In this document: one piece after another, positions 54,930 to 62,718 of the stretch
How positions within the stretch are numbered: position 1 is the stretch's first letter
Layout of the letters: every line of letters begins with the position of its first letter
Source of the DNA: Pseudomonadales bacterium
Lineage (GTDB): Bacteria > Patescibacteriota > Microgenomatia > UBA1400 > PJMF01
Assembly (NCBI GenBank): GCA_020632255.1
Contig: JACKFX010000002.1
Location: 82,905 to 146,904, forward strand
DNA: 64,000 nucleotides
Direction: 5' to 3'
Translations under genes and position numbers: made by a program
The notes under the pieces: generated by a model
Database searches by the model: none
What the model was told of the DNA's origin: nothing
What the model saw: only the letters and a program-made list of their open reading frames with translations

Positions 54930-57900
54930 CTACTCTTCATGGAGTACTGATAGAAACTCTAAATTCCTAATCTCGCCCATAACGTCTTTTATCAAAGTAA
55001 CCAAAAGTTCTACTTCATGCTGAGAAATGCTGAAAGATCGCGTGACAATTTTTCCTGATGTGTTTGGCTCTACAAACTCAAAAACTGTATCTGCCACTGT
55101 ATATGAAAAACTTTCATCAAGCTGTGCAAGCAGCACATAAAAAATGAGCTGACGTTTATACGCGCCTCGAATTTCTTCGGGTAAGTTTTGCTCACGAGCA
55201 GAAAGATGGGTAAGTGTCGTCTTTGTTTTTGCTTCAATATCATTTTCTGTTTTGGCCTTACCTGTCTTGTAATCTACCAGACGAACTGTGTGGAGCTGTG
55301 CATCTAGCAGATCAATTCTATCAATACGGCCAGTGAGTCGAATATGTGCATCCCCATCTTGAAGCGTAGTAGCTCCAAAAATGCCTCCAAAAAAACGCTC
55401 TGTGAAAAGTGGCTTAATAATGCGTCCTGACGAATACTCAAAATATGCTGACAATGCATCTCGACCTCTTTTCTGCCACTTAGAAAAATCTTTGTCGAGT
55501 AATGATTCACGTTTCAATGCGGAAGAAAAATACGCTTGAACACTTTCTAAATCAGCCGACTTCTGACTCTGAGGATCTGAATTTTTATACAAATACTCTA
55601 GTGCGGCATGCATTGCCGTACCAAAACTCATGTGAGGTTCTTTAGCACGCGGTACCCTCAACAAAAAATTGTACACAAACTCTTTGGGATCGTGTAAGTA
55701 TGCATTCAAAGCAGTCACTGAAAGTGAGAACTCATCGACCAGTGAAGAAAAGAAATCACGTTCGTCCTGAGAAATGGTAATCGCTTTCTCTGTCCCAAGT
55801 GTCAGATCGTTTTCAGCAGTTTTAATAAGCACTTGCAGATCACTCTCTGGAATGAGAGTAGTTTCTGCAGCGACTTCTGCCAAAAATAAACTCTGATTAA
55901 ATGATCGCACTGCTTTGCCTTCTACTTGGCTCTGTGAGTATGACAAAAATGTTTGTTTTTTCGCACGAGTAATTGCCACATAAAACAATCGTCTATCTTC
56001 CTGATTTTGTTCTTGTTTCGAAACATCAGTATGCTTCAATATCCCAGAGGGAAGTGGTAATGGATTTCGCTGACGTGCATTTCCCCATTTTTTGTCTCTG
56101 AGGGCCATCATAAAAACATACTCCCACTCTTGTCCCTTTGCTTTATGAATACTGCAAAGTGTGACTGCTTCTGTTTGAAGATGTAACATCTGAGTACGAA
56201 TGACAATGGCATGTGCCCGCAATGTTTTCACTGCTGTCAGAAAATCATCTATCGAGAAGTTACGATCGATCAGTACCCACTTTTTGATTTCCTCGAAGAG
56301 AGTACGGACAGCAAGAATATGGGACTTATTTGATTCATTTTTGACGAGCCAAGACGATAATCCTAAACCTTCGTCAGACACTAACAACTCAAACCAGGCA
56401 TGAAATTGTCTACTACTTGCTTGGGCTCGAAGAAACTCCAACTTTTCTCTAAATCTTTGTAAAGTCACGAAGCCATCTCTATCAAAGTTCTTTTGATCTG
56501 AAAATGTATCAACTTCTCTTGAGAGTACATCTATAAACGTGGTTTTTTCTTTGCTAGCAATGCGTGCAACATTGAGCACTGAAAGATACGGAAGCTGTAT
56601 CCAGTCATAGAGTAATACATCAAACAGCAAACGACTATCTTCTTCAGAGGACGTCTGAGCAATACATGAGATCACGTCAATAAGTTGGGTAACATACCGA
56701 TTATCAAAGACATTGCTTGAGTTATCTGTCTCAAATGGAATTCCCTTAGACGCAAGCAACTCTTGCAGCTCAGCAGCATCTGCATGATTTTTGTAGAGCA
56801 CAGCAATCTCACTAGCAGGCGTACCATTTTGGAGTAGTTTCCCAATTCTATCAGCGATAAAATAGTTCTCAATTACCGTGGTTGGAGCCTCACACAATTG
56901 CAGTGCATTCGACTCATGTTTCTGTGCGGCAGTAAGTTTTTTGGAGAGTGCGGCATGTAAAATTTCATCTTGTTGCGGAGCAACGCTTAGATTATCTGGT
57001 TGCACAACTGTGTTTTGTGAAATTGAGAGATGCGCCGCATCATAGAGTTGTTGAGGACACCGATAGCCTGTATCTAAGGTTATTACCTGTGCAAGAAGAT
57101 AGCGCTCCATAAAACCCAACATGTTTTCTACCGAAGCTCCTTGAAACCGAAAGATAGACTGATGAGGATCTCCCACAACAAAAAGATTTGCATGTTCTCC
57201 CCAAAATGATGCTAACAAGTCAACAACAGCATTTTGAGAAGCATTAGTATCTTGGTATTCATCAACCAAAATATACTGTAATAGTTCTTGGTACTCACCA
57301 AGCAGGTCATCATGCTGTGAAAAAGCCTCGGCAACCATAGTCACCATATCATCAAAATCAAACCGGTTCCGTTGACGTAGCTCGGCTTGATATTTTGTAT
57401 AAATTACGAGTAGTTCTTCTTGTTTAGCAAGATTTTTCTCTCTTTTTGCCCGTTCTGACTTCTTGAGTTCATCAGACTCTTGCTCTAAGAGTGATTTTTC
57501 GGCAACTAAAATACTTTCAAATTTTTCTGGAGTAATACCTTCACGTTTTAAGTCAGAGATGGCTCCAATTACATCTTTCAAATAATAGAGCACACGACCC
57601 ATTGGTCTGAGAAGCTCTAAATTAGAACTATCCAAAATTTCTTCAAATAAAGCATAGCGCTCAAGCTCGGTTAACGGTTGACTCTCTCGAGCCAAGTCAA
57701 AAAATTCAGGATGCTCACTAATGACCTCACCACAAAAGGCATGAAATGTCGAAATAGCAACTTGATACCCAGCTGGACCAATCATCGAGACGATACGATC
57801 TCGCATATTTTTTGCAGCCGCATCGGTAAAAGTAAGCGCCAGTATATTGTGTGGATCAACTTCTTGAGTAGCCAGAATGTTCGCAATTCGACAAGCCAGC

Positions 57901-58046
57901 ACGTGCGTCTTTCCTGTACCTGGGCCCGCAATAACCATGACTGGACCCTCTATGGCATCAACAGCTTTTCGTTGTGCTGGATTCAAAACTTTGAGAGCAG
58001 TAGTAAAGTTCTCTCTAAAAGAGTGTTTGGTTTCCATCGCTGTCAT
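54930..58046 (-). CDS. UvrD/PcrA-like superfamily-1 helicase fused to a C-terminal PD-(D/E)xK (RecB-type) nuclease
   Basis: 1038 aa. Walker A AGPGTGKTH. Further SF1 helicase motifs (DEYQDT, VGDPHQSIF). C-terminal RLVDYKTGK nuclease motif. Confidence 0.8.
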   Translation of the reverse strand: MTAMETKHSFRENFTTALKVLNPAQRKAVDAIEGPVMVIAGPGTGKTHVLACRIANILATQEVDPHNILALTFTDAAAKNMRDRIVSMIGPAGYQVAISTFHAFCGEVISEHPEFFDLARESQPLTELERYALFEEILDSSNLELLRPMGRVLYYLKDVIGAISDLKREGITPEKFESILVAEKSLLEQESDELKKSERAKREKNLAKQEELLVIYTKYQAELRQRNRFDFDDMVTMVAEAFSQHDDLLGEYQELLQYILVDEYQDTNASQNAVVDLLASFWGEHANLFVVGDPHQSIFRFQGASVENMLGFMERYLLAQVITLDTGYRCPQQLYDAAHLSISQNTVVQPDNLSVAPQQDEILHAALSKKLTAAQKHESNALQLCEAPTTVIENYFIADRIGKLLQNGTPASEIAVLYKNHADAAELQELLASKGIPFETDNSSNVFDNRYVTQLIDVISCIAQTSSEEDSRLLFDVLLYDWIQLPYLSVLNVARIASKEKTTFIDVLSREVDTFSDQKNFDRDGFVTLQRFREKLEFLRAQASSRQFHAWFELLVSDEGLGLSSWLVKNESNKSHILAVRTLFEEIKKWVLIDRNFSIDDFLTAVKTLRAHAIVIRTQMLHLQTEAVTLCSIHKAKGQEWEYVFMMALRDKKWGNARQRNPLPLPSGILKHTDVSKQEQNQEDRRLFYVAITRAKKQTFLSYSQSQVEGKAVRSFNQSLFLAEVAAETTLIPESDLQVLIKTAENDLTLGTEKAITISQDERDFFSSLVDEFSLSVTALNAYLHDPKEFVYNFLLRVPRAKEPHMSFGTAMHAALEYLYKNSDPQSQKSADLESVQAYFSSALKRESLLDKDFSKWQKRGRDALSAYFEYSSGRIIKPLFTERFFGGIFGATTLQDGDAHIRLTGRIDRIDLLDAQLHTVRLVDYKTGKAKTENDIEAKTKTTLTHLSAREQNLPEEIRGAYKRQLIFYVLLAQLDESFSYTVADTVFEFVEPNTSGKIVTRSFSISQHEVELLVTLIKDVMGEIRNLEFLSVLHEE

Positions 58047-59244
58047 CTTCTATGGCTTCTTCTAGTGCTTCAGAGCCACTTCCTAGAAATTCGAGGTGTT
58101 GAATAGTGGGAAGTGACCCACCAATTATTCCTTGTAAATCACCATACAGTGATGAGGTACTCATGACGACTTTTTCGAGCTCTTTTTCTCGTTTCGTCCA
58201 GAGTCGTTGGAATGAACGTTTCTCTGTTTCTAAGTCTTGCTTCATGGACATAAAAGCCATGACAATATTTTCAATTCTATTTTTGAATTGCGCCCCACTT
58301 AGGTACTGATAGAGGAGATCCATTTTCTCGTCTCTGCCAACCAGCGAGAGTTTAACTTTTGCGACTTCACTAATATGCAAACGAAGTGCAGATGCTAACG
58401 GAATAATGTGTGTATACCCAACAACCCAAACGCCATTCACCAATCCAAACCCTTCAACCCCTTCAGGCAGGACTCGTGTAACCAGTATGGCAGCTTCTGC
58501 CTGCACAATACCCTGGTCTTGTTTAAGCTTAGAAATCCATTTTTCACTAAAGGCTTTGGTGTTTTTTGACTCCCAAATAATCGTTCCATGGGCCGCACCA
58601 AACCTGGCATTCACTTTTTGAATCAGGTCTGCTCCCTTTATGCCCTGAGGAACATCACTCACTTCATCTTTTACGAACGTAGTTGAAAGCAACTCTTTAA
58701 GATCATCTTCTTGCACCTCCCCTTGGATCTGCATAGAGCCTTGTTCGGCTTTGCGCTTGAGATCATCTATCTGTTTGCGCATGATCTCCAACTGCTTATC
58801 TTTCTCTTGCAGTTTGAGACGTTGTTGCTCGGCTTCTTCTTTTTTGGTACTTTCAACAATCTTTTTACGCTCTTCATCAAGCTTGCGAGCCATCTCAAGC
58901 TCAATTTTCTTTTCTCGCTCTTCTAGCTCTCTGGACTTTTTGCGTAACTCCAACTCATTCTTTTCTGATTCCTCAAGTTTTTTGGAGTTCTCTTTAAGTT
59001 GTTCCTGCAGGTCTTTAAGTTCTTTGTCTTGTTTCTCAGCGGCCTTCTCTTGAGCTACTTGCCACAAGCGCTTCTTTTCTTTTGAAAGCTGATCATCAAG
59101 TTGCTTTTTGAGTGATGCTTCAAATTCCTGTTTTTGTTTCTCGAGCTGATGCTTGAGTTTGTGTTCAACCTGTTCAGAAAGAGCCTTAGAAAATGGAATC
59201 TGTGCTCCACAATCTGGACAAGTAATTGTCTGATCTGCTGCCAT
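58015..59244 (-). CDS. DUF2130-like protein: N-terminal zinc ribbon, long Lys/Glu coiled coil, C-terminal PD-(D/E)xK-like domain
   Basis: CPDCGAQIPF zinc-ribbon start. About 150 aa of EK-rich heptads. C-terminal D...GADLIQ...IIWESKNTK fits a D-(E)xK nuclease core. The 3' end overlaps the helicase gene by 32 nt. Confidence 0.55.
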   Translation of the reverse strand: MAADQTITCPDCGAQIPFSKALSEQVEHKLKHQLEKQKQEFEASLKKQLDDQLSKEKKRLWQVAQEKAAEKQDKELKDLQEQLKENSKKLEESEKNELELRKKSRELEEREKKIELEMARKLDEERKKIVESTKKEEAEQQRLKLQEKDKQLEIMRKQIDDLKRKAEQGSMQIQGEVQEDDLKELLSTTFVKDEVSDVPQGIKGADLIQKVNARFGAAHGTIIWESKNTKAFSEKWISKLKQDQGIVQAEAAILVTRVLPEGVEGFGLVNGVWVVGYTHIIPLASALRLHISEVAKVKLSLVGRDEKMDLLYQYLSGAQFKNRIENIVMAFMSMKQDLETEKRSFQRLWTKREKELEKVVMSTSSLYGDLQGIIGGSLPTIQHLEFLGSGSEALEEAIEDDSDGNQTLF

Positions 59245-59253
59245 AAGAATATT

Positions 59254-59541
59254 CTAATCGTTACTTTGTTGTTCGGATTGTAATCGAGAAATTTTTCTGT
59301 CTGTTTGTTGACGTCTCACCGAAATTGCATCATAGGATGAGGTTCCTTCTGAAGCATACTCTGCTCGAATCAGTTTCTGACGCTCAGTTCGAGCTTTCTC
59401 CATCCGTTGATTCATTTCCTGAGCACGTCTCTCACCAAAAGAGGTCGGGGCAGTTTGTTGTGGAGTTGAGCGCGAAGACCGATCGAAGAGACTTCGACCA
59501 GTGTCTTTGGCTTTTTGTACCATTGGACGTAAAAATTTCAT
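59254..59541 (-). CDS. Small highly charged protein; hypothetical (start MKFLRP)
   Basis: 95 aa, Arg/Gln/Ser-rich, predicted disordered. Lies 10 nt upstream of the DUF2130 gene. Confidence 0.35.
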   Translation of the reverse strand: MKFLRPMVQKAKDTGRSLFDRSSRSTPQQTAPTSFGERRAQEMNQRMEKARTERQKLIRAEYASEGTSSYDAISVRRQQTDRKISRLQSEQQSND

Positions 59542-59594
59542 TGCTTGCTTAGTATAGCAAAGAAGTTGGCAGAATCTAAGGAAAAATGAATATA

Positions 59595-59622
59595 TATGGC
59601 GGCGCGCATGCGCGCCGCCATA
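59595..59622. repeat. 28-bp perfect GC-rich palindrome TATGGCGGCGCGCA|TGCGCGCCGCCATA
   Basis: Perfect dyad. On the minus strand it is followed by AUAUAUUCAUUUUU, so it may act as a terminator or attenuator between the 71-aa ORF and the downstream genes. Shares ATGGCG...CGCCAT ends with the palindrome at 12193..12219. Confidence 0.6.
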
Positions 59623-59645
59623 CAACAAACTCAAATTAAGATTAT

Positions 59646-59861
59646 CTATCCTCCCCGCATAGATCGCACTCGATCATTTGGGTCGGCAGGATCACCTTCT
59701 GGTATTGATGGCATACCACCTTCCACCCAGCCAAACGAGCGAAGGATAGCAAAAAAAGGAATGGAGACGACACGAAGAATGCGTCGCCACTCCCATACCC
59801 CAGTACGAACTTCGCGAGCCTCGTACCGAGAAATTACAATCGTTCTACGAAGTCTAATCAT
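59646..59861 (-). CDS. Small membrane protein (71 aa); hypothetical
   Basis: AGGAGG lies 8 nt upstream of the ATG. One hydrophobic helix (VVSIPFFAILRSFGWV). Local GC is higher than the surrounding sequence. Confidence 0.45.
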   Translation of the reverse strand: MIRLRRTIVISRYEAREVRTGVWEWRRILRVVSIPFFAILRSFGWVEGGMPSIPEGDPADPNDRVRSMRGG

Positions 59862-59962
59862 TACGGTTTCCTCCTACAATTGTGCATATGAGTTGTTGTT
59901 AAAGAGACCCATATTTTACTACAAAATGTTGCATTTTAATACTATTATGATATAATTAGACC

Positions 59963-60379
59963 ATGTCAACACAAACTCAAAATCCAGAGCAGCTAAGAAT
60001 TTTACTTGCAGAAGATAATCCAGATTGGGTTGACACTATTACAGCCTATGCTAAAGAATCTGGGGCAGTTGTAGTTGCTATTGCAACCACATTTTCTGAG
60101 GCGTTAGAAGAAATTAAACACGTTAAAGATAAACATATCGATCTAGTTATCCTCGGGGGCAGTCTGGATAAGCAGTTAAAACATACTAATTCAGATCTTC
60201 TACTCTTAATCCTTGCGCTCAATGAAGTTGATGCAACAATTCCTACCATTGCACTATCTGGAAATGATCGTGGTACAGAGCGCGCTACGATAAATGTTGG
60301 AAAAACTCTCACATTTGCTCAAGACTTCACATCAGCACTCAATCAAATAATGCTGGGAACTTCTACTACAGAGAACTAA
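59963..60379 (+). CDS. Receiver-like (CheY fold) single-domain protein lacking the phospho-acceptor Asp
   Basis: 138 aa. Beta1 ILLAEDN acidic pair is present. The expected DLVILD position reads DLVILGG, so the D57 equivalent is Gly. Ser and Lys are conserved further on. Confidence 0.45.
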   Translation: MSTQTQNPEQLRILLAEDNPDWVDTITAYAKESGAVVVAIATTFSEALEEIKHVKDKHIDLVILGGSLDKQLKHTNSDLLLLILALNEVDATIPTIALSGNDRGTERATINVGKTLTFAQDFTSALNQIMLGTSTTEN

Positions 60380-61739
60380 CCATCGTACTCACCAAAAAGT
60401 ACGCAAAGAAAGCAAATGCGAGCGCCATCATGGCAACGCGTAATATGCCTGCATGTAGTCGTTTTCGTAATGCTCCCTTATTGAGAAAATAGATAAACAC
60501 AAACGACATCATCATAGCCGCGGCATTGAGGACTGCGGAAAGTGTCAGTAATACTCGTGGTTCTTGAATACCAAAGAGATAAATCACTACACCTAATCCA
60601 ATCTGTGCCCACAAAGCCACATAAAAGCCAAGGGACATATTTACTTTCTTACCCTTCTTATAACCAAGCAACAACACATTTTCTGAAATAATGCGCGCTG
60701 AAGACTCTAGTACACCTAACTGGGTTGAAAACAACATCAATGCGGCAATCAACAAGAAAAACATTGAGACAGTGCTTCCCATTACCCGGCTAATAACATC
60801 AGCTTCCCCATACAAAAAGCTCAAACCCGAAGACACCTCCGAGCCATACACGGTGGCTCGGGCCAAAACTGACATCACCACAATGGTTATCAGTCCCAAA
60901 GACCAAAACACAATTGCATGCTCCATGCATACGAGCCGCCACCACTGCTGCCAACGGTTCCAATTTTTTGTAGTGTCTGCAAAATCAAAACCATCAATAC
61001 TTGCTGGTTTACTTTCTTTCGAAAACAAGGCTCCAACTTTGGCAGCAGACTTACCCATACCAAAGCCTTTCTCTTTTATGTAGTACGATTGAGCCAAATT
61101 TAGATTTCCCCCCGCACCGGCATACGCAAATGCACCTAAGAAACTGGCAATTGAGACACCGCTTGGGAATAACCACCACCCATCACCGTGACCAGCAAGT
61201 CCCCAGATCATCTCTTGCCAATGCTCTGCACGAGCTAACCAAAGTGCTATACCAAACAGCAGGGGTAATCCAATCAGAATAACCCCCTTCTGAAAACGTT
61301 CCATCGTGGTGTACAACGATGAGCCAACAGACAAAATCACACCAGTGAAAACAAGTAAAAATATTGCAACCATTTTTTCTGGTAAGAACGGAAATAAATG
61401 GGTTAATAACTCCGATGCAGCTGACGAAAATCCAGGTATAGACCATGGAATAAAAGTCGAAATGATGTACCAAAGAGTAATGAGTACACTCATTCGGCGA
61501 AAGCCAAGAAACACACTTTCTCCTTTAGCCAATGTGTAACGCATCACCTCAGTATTTAAGACATACTGCAAAGAAACACCTAGCAATGCCCCCCAGAGTA
61601 ACCCCAATCCATAGTTTGCAGCCAAATATGGCCAAAGAATTAATTCTCCACTTCCAAGAGCTAAACCTAGCAAAATAAAAGAAGGGCCAATTGTTTTGGC
61701 AAGTGACGGAGGTTTAGAGAGTGATTTTCCTTGCTTCAT
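60366..61739 (-). CDS. NRAMP-related membrane transporter lacking the canonical DPGN motif
   Basis: 457 aa, 11-12 TM. N-terminal GPSFILLGLALGSGELILWPYLAANYGLGLLW aligns to the Nramp GP.F...DPGN...G..LLW segment, but LGSGE stands where DPGN is expected. Confidence 0.45.
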   Translation of the reverse strand: MKQGKSLSKPPSLAKTIGPSFILLGLALGSGELILWPYLAANYGLGLLWGALLGVSLQYVLNTEVMRYTLAKGESVFLGFRRMSVLITLWYIISTFIPWSIPGFSSAASELLTHLFPFLPEKMVAIFLLVFTGVILSVGSSLYTTMERFQKGVILIGLPLLFGIALWLARAEHWQEMIWGLAGHGDGWWLFPSGVSIASFLGAFAYAGAGGNLNLAQSYYIKEKGFGMGKSAAKVGALFSKESKPASIDGFDFADTTKNWNRWQQWWRLVCMEHAIVFWSLGLITIVVMSVLARATVYGSEVSSGLSFLYGEADVISRVMGSTVSMFFLLIAALMLFSTQLGVLESSARIISENVLLLGYKKGKKVNMSLGFYVALWAQIGLGVVIYLFGIQEPRVLLTLSAVLNAAAMMMSFVFIYFLNKGALRKRLHAGILRVAMMALAFAFFAYFLVSTMVSSL

Positions 61740-61745
61740 CGATTG

Positions 61746-62606
61746 TTATTCTGTACAGGTAACACCCTCGGCACAATAGATATTCCCGGTTTCTATCGCC
61801 CGACCATTTACTAAGGTTGTACACATTTTGGCATCATTAAAAGTTGTCGCCCAGAGACTATTTGTTTCAACTTCTGCTCCTTCTGTTCCTGGAAGATCAC
61901 TCATAGAGAAAATCGAGCTGCCATTTTCTGTAGAAGTTATTTCATCAACGAGTGGTTGCAACTTATTCTTTGGTAGGTAACACTCTGTTGCATAGCCATT
62001 CGGCATTTCCTCAATATAGTGACATGTCTCATCAATCCACCCCAGTATCTTCTTGGCGTAATCGAAATTACTCGGATCTTGTCCGTACGAAATTGTGACT
62101 GGTTTACAACCTGGTAAATTTTCTACTAAATAGGGGGTCACTTTTGCTAAATCTGAAAGTTCGTTGATAACGACACTCACTTGATATTGAGCAGAACTTG
62201 TAGATTGAGTAACAGCAAAAGCATCCATCTCGCCATCATCGACCTCCATCGAGTCAGCTGACTTTCTTGCCTTTAGTGCTTCTTCTCCTATTCCTTGCAT
62301 CTGAAAATCGGGAGGATTTTCTGCTTCTTGCAGTGAAACTGAAACTGTTCCACGACTAGGATTTGAAAAATACCAAACTGCTACTGCAGATGTGGCAAAA
62401 ACCAACAAACCCACCACCACACTTCCCACATACGTTGGTACATTTGGTTTTCCAGGTGGATCTTCTGGTGGACCCTGCAAGTCTTTAAGGGCAGATAAAA
62501 TATCAATCTCACTCCAACCACTTTTCTTGAGCGCTGCTTCAATTTGATCGTTAGTGTAACCTGCCTCAATCTGTGTGGCAATATAGTCAGAAATTTCGTT
62601 GGGCAT
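61746..62606 (-). CDS. Membrane-anchored extracytoplasmic protein; hypothetical
   Basis: 286 aa. Short cytoplasmic N-terminus, one TM (VVVGLLVFATSAVAVWYF), Cys-containing C-terminal domain. Confidence 0.4.
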   Translation of the reverse strand: MPNEISDYIATQIEAGYTNDQIEAALKKSGWSEIDILSALKDLQGPPEDPPGKPNVPTYVGSVVVGLLVFATSAVAVWYFSNPSRGTVSVSLQEAENPPDFQMQGIGEEALKARKSADSMEVDDGEMDAFAVTQSTSSAQYQVSVVINELSDLAKVTPYLVENLPGCKPVTISYGQDPSNFDYAKKILGWIDETCHYIEEMPNGYATECYLPKNKLQPLVDEITSTENGSSIFSMSDLPGTEGAEVETNSLWATTFNDAKMCTTLVNGRAIETGNIYCAEGVTCTE

Positions 62607-62718
62607 GCTTCGAGTATGACATATTTAGGTTTGAGAAAAAATATGGAATACTCATAATCAAGTTACCCTAAAAAAATTTTGATTGAAATATTGATAACTA
62701 TCTGTATAATATAGGTTT

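Noticed and set aside
58711-59053. Low-complexity Ser/Leu-rich + strand ORFs (71 and 100 aa)
   Set aside because: Antisense to the Lys/Glu-rich coiled coil of the DUF2130 gene. Antisense of AAG/GAA repeats necessarily reads as CTT/TTC (Leu/Phe/Ser).
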